Counted from the first letter of the stretch, positions 39,598 to 51,192 are shown. The stretch: 64,000 bases of DNA from an uncultured Hormoscilla sp. (GCA_963921275.4 OZ001293.3:2464001-2528000); one strand, 5' to 3'. The notes: generated by a model from the letters alone, not told the origin. A program made the numbers and translations.

Positions 39598-39788
39598 TCG
39601 GTTGAAAACCGACTCCTACCGAGTTCCCTGGCTCCCCCCTAGGAACGTCGGGGGTTTGAACCCCCGGCGGGCCATCGGGAAAGAATCAAGATATCAATTT
39701 CTAGAATTATTGATATAGCTAAATGTATTTAGTCGGTTTTTAACCGACCTTAGCTAATTGGTTATAGTCAGATGTATTTAGTCGGTTT

Positions 39789-41099
39789 TCAACCGACTCC
39801 TACCGAGTTCCCTGGCTCCCGCCTGGTAACGCGGGGGTTTGAACGGCGGGCCCCCAGTTCCTCAAACACAAGTTCCGCTAGCTTTTCTGCGGCCCCTGGC
39901 TGACCACGCACGGCCCGCAGGAGATCTGCCATCTGTTCCAACTTCTCAGGATGGGCCAAAAAGTCCAAAACCAATGCTGCCATATCCCGGGACTGAAGCT
40001 GACCAACTAATTCAGGGACGATCGCCTCACTGGCCCAAATATTCGGCCAAGCAAATAAGCGTCCTTGTCGGAGAACCAACCAATTAATTAATTTAGCAAA
40101 AGCCGAACCGAGAAAAGGCAAATTAGCCAGCAGTCCGGGTAACCCATCCCAGGCTCGCATGGCATCCAACTGCTGGGTGGGCAGGAACACAATCATCGGC
40201 ACAGCTAAGGCCCCCAATTCCGCCGTATTCGCCCCCACCGTAGTCAAACATAACATGCATTGGCATAAGAGATCGTAAGCGGGAAATTCGGTCCAAAGTT
40301 CCACCAGTAAACCAGTTGGGGTTTGCAAACAAGGGCGATCGCCTGCCATGACCAACTCGGCAACCCCCGTCGGCCATTGTTGAATTAAAGGATTGCGATC
40401 GGGGTCAGCAAAACCTGCTAAAGTTTCCACATCCAAGGTTGGTGCCACAGGGATGGCGAACCGAGTTGTCCGACGCAGCTTGTAAATATCCTGGGCAACT
40501 GCTAAGATTAAGGGAAGGCCCTGATATAGCTTGGCAGGTTTTGATCCCGGCAGCAATCCAATCAATTCTGATGCATGGGGTTCGACCAGGGGCCGCTTCC
40601 TTGCTGCCACCTCGGCCATCAAGTCCCCAACCACAGTGAACTTACGAGCAAATTTGGGCTTGACAGGGGCAGCAATCTCTGGTTTAATGACTCCAAAGCG
40701 ATCGATAAAACCATGCCAGCGGGCATCCCATTCGGCATAAACCACAGTGCGATAACCCAGTCGCCTGCCAATAACCACCGGAAAAAATTGATCGCCTCCC
40801 AAGAAAACCACCACACCCCGGTCACTCCAGTCCCAATTGTCCGCCGTTTTCCCCCAAAGTAAAAATGGGATAAAATGTGCGGGTGCTTGTACCCGGTCAA
40901 CTTCAGGATAGTCAAGGGCGATCGCGGCCTCTTTTCCGGTAGCATGGCGACAAGGAGACAGGACCACCGAGATCCGCAGGCGATCGCTCTTATATTTGCG
41001 CAAAGCTTGCACGACAGGGCGCACCCAAGTAGTCACTTCTCCCGGTCCATTAGAGAGAATCAAAATATCAGCTATTGAATTTGAGACATTTATGGACAT
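39789..41099 (-). CDS. Lipid-A-disaccharide synthase-related protein
   Basis: DILILSNGPGEVTTWVRP, LLPGSK, TTVGANTAELG. Confidence 0.8.
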   Translation of the reverse strand: MSINVSNSIADILILSNGPGEVTTWVRPVVQALRKYKSDRLRISVVLSPCRHATGKEAAIALDYPEVDRVQAPAHFIPFLLWGKTADNWDWSDRGVVVFLGGDQFFPVVIGRRLGYRTVVYAEWDARWHGFIDRFGVIKPEIAAPVKPKFARKFTVVGDLMAEVAARKRPLVEPHASELIGLLPGSKPAKLYQGLPLILAVAQDIYKLRRTTRFAIPVAPTLDVETLAGFADPDRNPLIQQWPTGVAELVMAGDRPCLQTPTGLLVELWTEFPAYDLLCQCMLCLTTVGANTAELGALAVPMIVFLPTQQLDAMRAWDGLPGLLANLPFLGSAFAKLINWLVLRQGRLFAWPNIWASEAIVPELVGQLQSRDMAALVLDFLAHPEKLEQMADLLRAVRGQPGAAEKLAELVFEELGARRSNPRVTRREPGNSVGVG

Positions 41100-41576
41100 T
41101 TCTTAGCAGTAAAAAACAGCGACCTCTCTTCAGTAAACACCTTCATTGACCGAGGTGCAGATGTCAATGTCAAAGATGACGCCGAAGGTTCCACCCTCTC
41201 GATCCTGGCAGTCACAACTGATAATCCTGACATTCTCCAAGCATTATTAGCTGCTGGTGCCGATGTCAATGGGGCCGACAATGACGGTTGGACTCCCTTG
41301 ATGGAAGCTGCTGCTAATGGTAATATGGATATCGTGGAAATTCTCCTGGCCGCTGGCGCTGACGTGCATGCTAAAACTAACTTCGGCATAACCGCTTTGA
41401 TGACTGCTGCTGCTAAAGGTCATCGCCCGATCGCCCAAACCCTATTAGACCGAGGTGCGGACCTCAAGGCTAAGGATAACAACAGTTGGACCGCCCTAAT
41501 TTGGGCTGCCTCAGAAAAGCAAACTGAAATAGTAGAATTACTAAAACTTGCCCGATCGCAGCAAGCTAAAGGCTAA
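41094..41576 (+). pseudogene. Ankyrin-repeat protein lacking an intact start
   Basis: GADVN / GWTPLMEAA repeats open from ~41085, TGA at 41082; ATG at 41092 is out of frame. Confidence 0.7.
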
Positions 41577-41666
41577 TTGCGAATGGCTAATTGCGAATTG
41601 AAAATTGTGAATAGATATGAATAAATAATCAATAATTCTCAATTATTCCTTCTCAATTCTCCCTTC

Positions 41667-42536
41667 TCAACCCACAAACCCCTGCCAAATTCTCTGGGCC
41701 GTATTTCTGATGAAAGAATTAGGGGATAGCATTTGACGGAGGGCCGCACGCATGATTTGGGAATAAAAAAACATCAACACCCGCTTCAGGATCGCCTTAG
41801 TTGGCCAGGACAAAACCACCGCTAAACAACCAGAGGCGATCGCCTGGGGAGTATTATCCTCCAGAGAGGCGATCACATTACTCAGAGTCGGCAGCCAAAC
41901 CAGCACTACAGACAGTCCCCAAGCCAACCAATTAATAAATTGCCTGCTTCTCAATTCCAGGGTACTTAACAATTGATTAATCAGCCAATGGTGGGTAGCC
42001 ACAATCTCCAAACAGTAAAAATGTTGTAGATAATCCCGACGCACTTGATTGAGCACATCTCCATCCGCAGACACTACCGTCCGCAACACAAATTGCCCCT
42101 GTCTACCTCCCATCTGTTGACTGTCTTGCTGGTCAACATAGTAGGTACAAAAGGTAAGTCCAGACTGAATGCGATTTAACCTCCCCTCATCGAACAGCAC
42201 CAACTTTTGCAGTGAGGCCACCAAACGCCAGGTAATTTGCAACCGTTCTCCCTGATATCGGGCTGCTTGAATTGCCTGTAACACTGACTGATTCAAATAG
42301 AAAATAAACTCCCCCTCTTCTATGCTGATGCATTGAGCAAGATAATCTTGCTCTCGTTGAAACTGCTCTAAAAACCACCCGAAAAATTTTTCAATCACCT
42401 GCCGAATCCTCGATCGCCTCGATCTGCATCTAAATAAAATGTCGGCAAATCTATACCCGTACTCCCCTGAATCCCCGCACTCCGCTGAATAATATTTTGC
42501 ACTATACTCACCATAAAGTATAACACTCTCCGCCAC
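41667..42536 (-). CDS. Hypothetical membrane protein, start uncertain
   Basis: ORF track; two C-terminal TM segments; overlaps upstream ORF. Confidence 0.5.
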   Translation of the reverse strand: MAESVILYGEYSAKYYSAECGDSGEYGYRFADILFRCRSRRSRIRQVIEKFFGWFLEQFQREQDYLAQCISIEEGEFIFYLNQSVLQAIQAARYQGERLQITWRLVASLQKLVLFDEGRLNRIQSGLTFCTYYVDQQDSQQMGGRQGQFVLRTVVSADGDVLNQVRRDYLQHFYCLEIVATHHWLINQLLSTLELRSRQFINWLAWGLSVVLVWLPTLSNVIASLEDNTPQAIASGCLAVVLSWPTKAILKRVLMFFYSQIMRAALRQMLSPNSFIRNTAQRIWQGFVG

Positions 42537-43180
42537 TGCTGTTCTCCTGATGATACTCCCTCACTGTGAATACTTATGATCGTCTGCCTGAAATCATTTG
42601 TCAGCAGTTGCTCGTGGTAGCGGTTGATAATATCCCCATCCAGCTGCATTATCGTTTGGGCATAGATAATGTCCGTCGTTTCCGATTGCAAATCCGTGCT
42701 ATCGATCGCCGTTTTCAGTTCCATTATTTTCCGCAAACCCCGTAGAAATTTTCCATTATCTAGCAGTTTTTGCAACTCCTTTTGCTCCTTAGGATCCCCT
42801 GGATTTGGCAGCCTTTCCTGGAGATCAAACATATCTGAACTCGGGTCTTGCAGCACCTGACGATACTCCCAAACTAGTTTTTGGCGTAAGTTTCTGTAAC
42901 GAGGGTATAAAGCTGGTGGTATTTGCCTATCTACAAAGTATCTGTTGTCCATTTCCGAAATAGGAATTTCATAGATTTGTTCATACGCCTCCTCTGGAAT
43001 AAACTTGCTTCCCGTAATCTGAGTCACTATCATCGTATTTACCTCTAGAGTTGTGATGTCATTCATCACATCCCCCAAAGACTGGATAAATTCCTTAAAC
43101 CTTTCCTGCAGCCTATCGATTTCCTTCTCAACTTTACCGTTTTTTACCTTCTCTATCTCCGTATTCTTCTTTAGCACCAT
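42395..43180 (-). CDS. Conserved cyanobacterial hypothetical protein
   Basis: DITTLEVNTMIV, IIYAQTIMQLDGDIINRY; GGAG RBS. Confidence 0.7.
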   Translation of the reverse strand: MVLKKNTEIEKVKNGKVEKEIDRLQERFKEFIQSLGDVMNDITTLEVNTMIVTQITGSKFIPEEAYEQIYEIPISEMDNRYFVDRQIPPALYPRYRNLRQKLVWEYRQVLQDPSSDMFDLQERLPNPGDPKEQKELQKLLDNGKFLRGLRKIMELKTAIDSTDLQSETTDIIYAQTIMQLDGDIINRYHEQLLTNDFRQTIISIHSEGVSSGEQQWRRVLYFMVSIVQNIIQRSAGIQGSTGIDLPTFYLDADRGDRGFGR

Positions 43181-43585
43181 TTATCTCCTGACTTGGTAAC
43201 TGGGAACATCCCAATGCATGTATTTGTATTTGCGAAGGTCAAAAGGCTAATATGGCTCAGGGAAAATGGAGCAATTCTCAATGAAAATCTTCTCAATTCT
43301 CAATGAAACAATTTGCCTCGTTAAGAGGCACCCCCACCTGGGAACACGCTGCGCTAATTTTCAATTGCTCAAGAAGCAAAACACCAGATGCACCCTGATA
43401 ACTTTCCTCTAGCTAATTGCTAATTGCTATTGCCTGAATCAATAATCAACCATTCACCCTTCACCATTCTCAGTAATTGTCAGCATTCAGCGAGATTCGA
43501 TGTCTTCGGGATGCTAGCGGCTGCGCAGCCGCTGCGCTGACGCAAAAACCCCGAAGACATCGATGAATGCTTACCTTTTCTTCTG

Positions 43586-46411
43586 CTAACGCTTTTTCTT
43601 TGTCTGCGGCGAGCCAGAAGGGGACTCTGCCAGTTCTAGATCTGCAAATGGATCCTCTAAATTCTCTGCATTTACATCATCGGAGAACAGCGCATCCAGT
43701 TCATCTGTCCCTTCGCTCCCAGAATTTAGATCCTCCTCCTGGTCGGACTCTGCAAACAATTCCGCCAAGGGGTCAAATGCCGCTTCACCCTCGAAAGCAC
43801 CAGCTTGCGCCGGTGCTATGAGCCCATCATCCCCATCTAATAAAGCCGCTAACGGGTCATCCGACTCTTCATCATAGCTGCTATTGTCCCCTGCTGTTGC
43901 TGTCGCCTTTTTGGTCCCATTCCCCTGGGGTTCGGACCACAGTTCTGGTTGTTCGCCAAGCATATCTACGTCGAACTCATCTAAGGCATGGGAGTCTGAC
44001 CTATTGAACATTCCATCGGGCGACCCTGGTGCCTGGGACGCTTCTGTGGCGGTCTCAGACATATCTGAGGAGAACACATCATCTAGCACCTCCCCGTCCA
44101 TGCCCCGATCTCCACCCGTTGTGCCTGGGTATGGCTGAGGTTCATCAAACCCCTGATCTGCCTCTGCATCGCTATCGAAGGCACTCATCAGAGCCGCATC
44201 TTCATCATCTGTCAACTCTTCGTAGTCCGACATCTCTGAAGCAAATAATGGATCTGCATTATCTGCTTGAGCGAAGGCATTGGACTCTGAGTCTGACAAG
44301 TCTAATTTCGACTCCATACCATTCATCCCAAATGCATCGTCATCCGCTGCCGCCTCTCCTGGTACCTCAAGCAACTCCGATGACTCATAATCGGCGTCTG
44401 CCAATGGATCTGTCTCCGGTTCTTCCCAGAGGGATAAATCCTCATCCGACCCAAGAGGCGCTGCTTCTTCCGAACCGAATGAGTCCTCTGCCAATACTTG
44501 ATTTTCCCAATCTGTTGGCAATTCATCTGTTGCTTGCGCCTCTTGGGTTTCCGGTGAGTCCCAGAGAGATTCTAAATCTCTCGACGAGGCACTCTCTTCT
44601 GCTGCCTCCTCATCCTCCAAAGCTGTTGGCCATTCCGAAGTTGCTGACTCTTCTGCTAAAGACATTTCTGACTCTACTGCCAAATAGTCATCCTGCCAAT
44701 CTGCTGGCCATTCCGAAGCTGCTGACTCTTCTGCTGCCTCCTCATCCTCCAAAGCTGTTGGCCATTCCGAAGCTGCTGACTCTTCTGCTAAAGACATTTC
44801 TGACTCTACTGCCGAATAGTCATCCTGCAAATCTGTTGGCCATTCCGAATCTGACCCTGTTTCCCAGGAAGTTTCCGGTTCTTCCCAGTTTGCTGCTAAC
44901 TCATCTTCGGCAGTACCCATCATATCAGCAGATACTCCATCTCTTCCTAGCGCCGGAGACTCTGCTTCTGTGTTCGACCGTAACTCAGTCCCATCCCAGC
45001 TGGGTGCTAACTCTCGTTCCGTTTCCAACACACCCAGAATCTCGGCTGTTTCGTTCTCTTTTGCTGGTGTGGACCCTGACTCTTCTGTCTCCAAGGCACC
45101 CATAATCTCTACTTCTGAGTCCTCTGTTGATTCCTCTATTACCTGTTCATCCTCATCGGTTAGTGACTCAACTAATGTCTCTGCCGAGATGTCGGGTTCT
45201 ATTGCTTCTGGTTCCGGTTCATCTTCCCATAATTCGGTCTCATCCCAGCTTGATGCTAACTGTTCTGTCCCATCCATCATCTCTAATTCCGGGTCTTCTG
45301 TTACCGGTTCTGACTCCAGTATTGACTCAACTAATGCCTCGGGGTCGGCATCTATTGCTGTTGATTCCGACATTATCGGTTCTTCCGAGGGGGTAGTTTC
45401 CGGTAAGTCGGTCTCATCCCAGCTTGATGCTAACTCTTGGGACTCCTCGAACTCGTCGGCCATCGGAGAAGTAGTTGCAACATCTAGATCTAGATATACT
45501 AGTGCTTCTGACTCCGTCAGATCGCCGGACGCCGCTGCTTCATCTGAGCCCCATGCCCCTGCTGCCGCTGCCACCGCCGTTCCTACTACTGCTGCTGTTC
45601 CTGCTACCACTGCGGCTGTCTTCAGGGCCGAATTTTCCCTCACGTTTTCTGTTGAGGGTACTGCTATTTCTGGATCTCCCGTGAAGGCCAAGCCATCTGT
45701 GGTCTGTGTCCCCCCCCTCGTTCCCACGGCTCTGCCTGGGAACGTGCTTTTAGCGATCCCAGGAGAGGCCGCATCGGGGGACACAGATGGATCTAAATCG
45801 AAGGCCGCCAGCACTTCTGGGTCATGCTCTTCACTAGAGGTTACTTCCTGTTCTCTTTCTGTCCCACCTGTCACTCCTGTAGTAACTGGTTCCGATCTTG
45901 CTACTACTGGCCTCAGTTCCTCTTTTCTTTCTCTCAGGTCTGGTGCTGAAAAAGCTGCTGGTCGAGGGCTGCTGCCAGAGGCGAGCGCATCTGGTTGTAT
46001 ACTTTTTAGTTCTGACGAATGGGTTTTGCTATCGGTAACCACTACCGTCTGCTGTGTCATTCCCACCCACAGCTCCAGCAGTTTCTGTAAACTGGAGATA
46101 TTTCTTTCTATTATTTGCCCGCTTGCCTGCATCTGGCTGACGTGGAAATCCCGCAGTTCGGCAAACTTCCCGCCTTCGAGGAATTTGCTCCCGATTTTCG
46201 TTTCGATCTTGCCTTCTACAATGTTGAGCCTAGTGCGCATTATCTCCCCTGAATCCCCCTTCTCCCTTATCTGGGAAGCTGTCTCGGGGTCTGATGAGGC
46301 GATCGTAGTTGTGATTTCCAACTCGATCGACTTTCCTAATGCCGTTTTCAGGGCATCTACTATTCTACCTTCCTTGAGCGCTGCTCTGAACTCTTCGCTT
46401 GTTGCTGCCAT
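43586..46411 (-). CDS. Large acidic low-complexity protein with conserved-looking N-terminal domain
   Basis: Likely start MAATSEEF at 46411; LEITT..RTRLNIVEG domain then a long E/D/S-rich tail. Confidence 0.75.
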   Translation of the reverse strand: MAATSEEFRAALKEGRIVDALKTALGKSIELEITTTIASSDPETASQIREKGDSGEIMRTRLNIVEGKIETKIGSKFLEGGKFAELRDFHVSQMQASGQIIERNISSLQKLLELWVGMTQQTVVVTDSKTHSSELKSIQPDALASGSSPRPAAFSAPDLRERKEELRPVVARSEPVTTGVTGGTEREQEVTSSEEHDPEVLAAFDLDPSVSPDAASPGIAKSTFPGRAVGTRGGTQTTDGLAFTGDPEIAVPSTENVRENSALKTAAVVAGTAAVVGTAVAAAAGAWGSDEAAASGDLTESEALVYLDLDVATTSPMADEFEESQELASSWDETDLPETTPSEEPIMSESTAIDADPEALVESILESEPVTEDPELEMMDGTEQLASSWDETELWEDEPEPEAIEPDISAETLVESLTDEDEQVIEESTEDSEVEIMGALETEESGSTPAKENETAEILGVLETERELAPSWDGTELRSNTEAESPALGRDGVSADMMGTAEDELAANWEEPETSWETGSDSEWPTDLQDDYSAVESEMSLAEESAASEWPTALEDEEAAEESAASEWPADWQDDYLAVESEMSLAEESATSEWPTALEDEEAAEESASSRDLESLWDSPETQEAQATDELPTDWENQVLAEDSFGSEEAAPLGSDEDLSLWEEPETDPLADADYESSELLEVPGEAAADDDAFGMNGMESKLDLSDSESNAFAQADNADPLFASEMSDYEELTDDEDAALMSAFDSDAEADQGFDEPQPYPGTTGGDRGMDGEVLDDVFSSDMSETATEASQAPGSPDGMFNRSDSHALDEFDVDMLGEQPELWSEPQGNGTKKATATAGDNSSYDEESDDPLAALLDGDDGLIAPAQAGAFEGEAAFDPLAELFAESDQEEDLNSGSEGTDELDALFSDDVNAENLEDPFADLELAESPSGSPQTKKKR
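44594..44850. repeat. Intragenic 132-bp (44 aa) tandem duplication
   Basis: CTCTTCTGCTGCCTCCTCATCC at 44594 and 44726. Confidence 0.85.
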
Positions 46412-46636
46412 GACGATTTCCCCTTCCAATATATCGGGCTCTTTTTCCCTCCGGCGTATACTGCCGCCGTGTCTCCTGGGTAGTGCGACTAGCGCGCTGT
46501 GCCTCCCGGGCGGTGCGACTACGATGTTTCTCGGGTAGTGCGGCGCTCCCGGGAAACATCGAGCTTTCGGGAGACACAGCACCAGGAGAAACGGCACCCC
46601 CCACTTGTTGCTGAATAGCCTACTTTCCTTATGCTA

Positions 46637-46789
46637 ACTCAAGTTGCTACCTATAAAAAATTCTACCTCTCAAACAGCCATTTTTGGTAAATATATCCGC
46701 AAAAATGCCATTTGGGGGTAAATTATAAGGCGATTTTAGCCGATTTTGGCTAATTTTGGTGTTAAGTTTCTATAGGTAGCAACTTAGGT
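46637..46789. mobile_element. MITE
   Basis: TIR ACTCAAGTTGCTACCTATA / TATAGGTAGCAACTTAGGT; flanking direct repeat TATGCTA. Confidence 0.8.
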
Positions 46790-46927
46790 TATGCTACTAT
46801 ACAGTAGTTCCTTGGACACATCCTTACCCTTGGCCCCGCCAGTGCCAGTTTACCATTGCTAGCCCTCTGACCGCGAGCCAAGCTTGTTTTCTATCTTATC
46901 CTATTTTACAGAGAGTTGAAAATTATT

Positions 46928-48214
46928 ATGTCAGAGAGCTTATTTGCTGATGCCAGTCTGAGACTGGAAAAAGCCTTAAAACATGCGGAAATTTCCCCTG
47001 ATGCGAGCGAGCGCTTAAAGTTTCCCAAGGCTAGTTTAAGAGTGTCAATCCCGGTGCGCCTGGATGATGGTTCCTTGCGGGTTTTTCAGGGCTATCGGGT
47101 CCGGTATGATGATACCAGGGGACCGACGAAGGGGGGCATCCGCTATCATCCTAATGTAAACATGGATGAGGTGCAATCCTTGGCTTTTTGGATGACCTTT
47201 AAGTGTGCGGTGCTAAATTTGCCCTTTGGTGGGGCCAAGGGGGGCATCACGGTCAACCCCAAGGAGTTGTCACGGCTGGAGTTGGAACGGTTGTCTCGGG
47301 GCTATATCGATGCGATCGCCGACTTTATTGGCCCCGATATTGACATTCCGGCGCCGGATGTCTACACGAATGAAACGATCATGGGTTGGATGATGGATCA
47401 ATACAGCATCATCCGGCGACAGCTGACACTAGCGGTGGTGACTGGTAAACCCATCACCCTGTCCGGCAGTGCGGGCCGGAGGAAGGCCACGGCCATGGGG
47501 GCTTTGTTTGTGATTGCAGCTATTCTGCCCAAGTTCAACCAGTCTCCCCAGGATACCACAGTAGCAGTGCAAGGTTTTGGCAATGTGGGGGCGACCCTAG
47601 CTGAGTTACTCTGTAATGCTGGCTATAAGGTGGTGGCGGTGAGTGATTCTCGCGGGGGTATTTATGCCAAAAAGGGGTTAGATATAAGCAGCGTGCGCAG
47701 ATATAAGGAGGCAACTAAAGGCATACAAGCTGTCTACTGTAAGGGTACTGTTTGCAATATTGTCGAACATGAAGTGATTAGTAATGCCGATCTGTTAGCC
47801 TTGGATGTGGATCTGTTGGTTCCGGCGGCTTTGGAGAATCAAATTACGGAGCAAAATGCCGATGATATTAAGGCTAAGTTGATCTTTGAACTGGCCAACG
47901 GACCGATTACTTCGGGGGCTGATGAAATTTTAGCAAGGAAAGGGATTCAGGTTTTTCCTGATATCTTGACCAATGCTGGTGGGGTGACCGTGAGTTATTT
48001 TGAATGGGTGCAAAATCGGAGTGGACTCTATTGGACGGAGGCGGAAGTAAATCAGCGGTTGCAAGCTAAGATGGTGGAAGAAACTGAGAAAATCTGGGCG
48101 ATCGCGCAAAGACACGCTGTTTCTATGCGGACTGCTGCTTATATTCATGCCCTACATCGGATCTCAGAGGCGATCGATGCTAAGGGGACGCAAAGCTATT
48201 ATCTCAGTCGCTGA
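46928..48214 (+). CDS. gdhA: Glutamate dehydrogenase
   Basis: GPTKGGIRYHP, GGAKGG, DIPAPDV, QGFGNVG, VTVSYFEWVQN. Confidence 0.93.
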   Translation: MSESLFADASLRLEKALKHAEISPDASERLKFPKASLRVSIPVRLDDGSLRVFQGYRVRYDDTRGPTKGGIRYHPNVNMDEVQSLAFWMTFKCAVLNLPFGGAKGGITVNPKELSRLELERLSRGYIDAIADFIGPDIDIPAPDVYTNETIMGWMMDQYSIIRRQLTLAVVTGKPITLSGSAGRRKATAMGALFVIAAILPKFNQSPQDTTVAVQGFGNVGATLAELLCNAGYKVVAVSDSRGGIYAKKGLDISSVRRYKEATKGIQAVYCKGTVCNIVEHEVISNADLLALDVDLLVPAALENQITEQNADDIKAKLIFELANGPITSGADEILARKGIQVFPDILTNAGGVTVSYFEWVQNRSGLYWTEAEVNQRLQAKMVEETEKIWAIAQRHAVSMRTAAYIHALHRISEAIDAKGTQSYYLSR

Positions 48215-48419
48215 AGGTAAGCGATCGCTCCGTTCGATATCTCTGCCGGTGTTCTTGTCCCAAGGGACATGGCTGCGCCCCCAGCGCAGCGCTATCGGCA
48301 CACAGGAGACATCGCCGTCTCCCTTGTCACGTAGGACGGGCGAGACTCCTGTCATTCGATATCTCTGCCGGTGCTCTTGTCCCAAGGCACTCGGCACACA
48401 GGAGACATCGACTTTTCGG

Positions 48420-49400
48420 ACCTCTCATATATGTAGCTGCTCCTCGGTGCATTTTTCCCAATTTGGGAATTTTTTCTTGAATTTATTTCAGCTTAATTTC
48501 TTGTTCTTCTTTAATGTTTTCTTGATTTTTTATGAGCTTTACTTTTATTTAATACCGATGATATCTCTTCTTTTTATGACTTTCTCTTAAGTTTTTTAGC
48601 TTCATTCTTGATTTGTTTTCGACAATTATCTAGCTCTTCATTTACTTGCTTAGTCACACGGTCAGCTATAACTTCAGCATTAGGCATCAATTCTTCCACT
48701 AAACTTTGATACGGTTTCCACATATCTATACTCACTTCTTCAATACCATTCAACACCTCGGGACTCCATGATAGCAAGACTTCTCGCAGATATTCTTGTC
48801 GCCGAGACTTCACTATTTCCAGAAGTTTGCTATTCTCAACATCCACGTCTCCTGGGTAGTGCGAATAGCGCTCCCAGGAGACACGGCTAAAACAGCTAAA
48901 TAATTACCTTGTCCTTTTACCAATGCAATTTCATCGATCCCTAGCTTTTTTAGTTCGGTTCAATTTTCACCTGTCCCGATAGCATTTGTTGAACCTCAGA
49001 TTCTTTTAAGTCATACCGAAGCGCTACATTAATAATATCCCCATTTAATACTTCTCGAACCACTTGTTATCCCAGTCTCTTCGTATATTTACGCCGACCT
49101 TCTACGTATGACAATTTCTCACGGTTTCAAACAGCGAGCGCACGGCGATTGATTTTGAGAAAAACTTTTTTTCTCCCCAGAGCAAATCCTTAATTAAATA
49201 ATTATGGTTCTGATACAAGACTTTTTTGATGACATCTAGGGCAAATTGCTTCTTTTTTTTCTGCCTCAATTGTTATCATCACTTCTTTTAAATGAGTCTC
49301 AGTATACCCGACAACTTTCACTTCTGGAATGTTTAACAATGTTGTTAGTATTTTTAGATTCGAGCGTGGCATCTTATAAATTCTCCCTGTTTTCGCGCCT
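48420..49400 (-). mobile_element. ISL3-family transposase remnant
   Basis: LGIDEIALVKG and EVSIDMWKPY..L.PNAEVIADR fragments; boundaries approximate. Confidence 0.75.
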
Positions 49401-49845
49401 CTATGTTATACCACAACTAGTTGCTGAATGTCAAGCTGGAAAAGGTTTTCCGGTTTTCAGGATCTCCCGTTGAGCGGGCGCATCAACTTCAAGACCTATT
49501 TTAGCATACTAGATTGAGAAGAACCCAAATTAAAAGCAATCAAAAAAATCTTCGCACCCAAGGGGAAGTGGTGCGGCACAACCAGAAAATGAGTCTGCTG
49601 GATGCGAACAATCAGAATTCGGGAGAAGTGGTAGGTTAGGTTGAGGAATAGTGAAGCCAGTTTCTTTGGACAAAATCAAGAAATGTACTACACAGACGAT
49701 CGTTACAATAGCTTTCAAGAAGTATTATTGCAGCCTCGAGTAAAAAGAGGTAAAAATGAATCAAAATATCCAAGTTCTGGAAACATCTGCCCTCAAACCT
49801 GAATTGGGGATTGACCGGCAGTATCACTTGACATAGTGTGAGATA

Positions 49846-50817
49846 TAGCATTTCTCAAAATGGTGAGGACAGTAGCAACAATGTGTAAAAAAGTTGTATA
49901 GGTCTGACAAACTAACATTTTCAAAACCATCAGTAATTGCATCAAGCGGTTCTCGGTGACATTTTTTTCTTATAGCTCTTTAGCTGCGATCAAAAGTTCT
50001 CAATTGGAGAAAAATCGGGAGAATAAGGAGGTAGATAGACTAACCGCGCACCTACTTGTTCAATAGCTGCTCTTATGGCTTTTCCATTATGTATTGTACA
50101 TCGGTCGATGACCAGGCTTTTTTCCATAAACGAGGAACTAAATGTCTAACTATAAAAGCTTCAAAAGTTAAGCTATTATAAGAACCTAAAATCTTGAATG
50201 AACTCACTACTCTCTTAAGACGCTCCGACTATCGAAACGTTTTTTCCTCGCTTACTTGGCTTACTTCCATGGGCTCTTTGACCACATGCGACCTACGTGT
50301 TAAGTTAACACCGGATTCCTCCAAGAAGATCAAGTCAAAAGGGTCTATTCCTTCTATTTCTTTCCAGTAGTCTACCCTTAATTTTTGGACTCTATCACTT
50401 CTTTTCTCTGTTGGATGTAACGCTTTTTTTTTGATGGTAAATCCCAACTTCTTTATCATCCTATCTATTGTCGAACGGCTGACCACCGGTCTCTTTTTCA
50501 AGACTAGATTGATCTTCTTCTAAGGTCCAGTCATTATTTTCCTTTACTAAATTATGAATAATTGCCAGTTCTTCATCCTTAAGTTTTCGTGGACGACCAG
50601 GACTTTTCTTAGGTAATAAATTGCCGCCGATCCTGCTGGATGATTTTGGTAACAAAACTTAGAGCTACCCTAAATCTGCCCGCCAGTTTTCTTTGTGATA
50701 TATTCTCATTTTTATAGACCGATTTTTTGGCCTAGATCTACTGAATAGGGTTTCATGGCTTTCTCTTCCATATATTCTTGACTCTCTTATTGTACCTCAT
50801 GTTTTTGAGAAATGCTA
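49846..50817 (-). mobile_element. IS630-family element, degraded
   Basis: TIR TAGCATTTCTCAAAA flanked by TA; MKPYSVDL start near 50756; FL(E)ESGVNL and YLPPYSPDFSPIE fragments. Confidence 0.85.
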
Positions 50818-50868
50818 TAATATATTATCACATATGTCAAGTGATACTGGAAGCAGATAATCCCAAAA

Positions 50869-51192
50869 ATGATTGCCGAACTGTCCGGGCATGGCATTCA
50901 GGTATTCTATCTGGATGGGAGAGAAATTTCGGGCAAAGCGGAATTTTTAAGCCAAGCGGCTAAAGCAATGAAGTTCCCTGCCTATTTTGGGGCTAACTGG
51001 GATGCCCTTGAAGAATGTATCACCGCTCTAGAATGCGGTCCCGCCCAGGGATATATCATAATCTATGATAGGCCCGATGTTTTCGCCGCTGCTGACCCCG
51101 AACAGTGGCAAATAGCCCTGGACGTTTTGCAATCAGCAGTTGAATACTGGCGAGCGCAACAGATACCTATGGATGTGTTCTTGCTCAATTAA
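50869..51192 (+). CDS. Barstar family protein
   Basis: FPAYFGANWDALEECI. Confidence 0.85.
   Translation: MIAELSGHGIQVFYLDGREISGKAEFLSQAAKAMKFPAYFGANWDALEECITALECGPAQGYIIIYDRPDVFAAADPEQWQIALDVLQSAVEYWRAQQIPMDVFLLN

Noticed and set aside
44029..46538. Long plus-strand ORFs (358 and 522 aa)
   Set aside because: Antisense shadows of the low-complexity acidic gene
46412..46597. N-terminal extension of the 1003-aa ORF; likewise 52085-52162 and 60908-61144
   Set aside because: Read-through of repeats or of an upstream gene; better starts lie downstream
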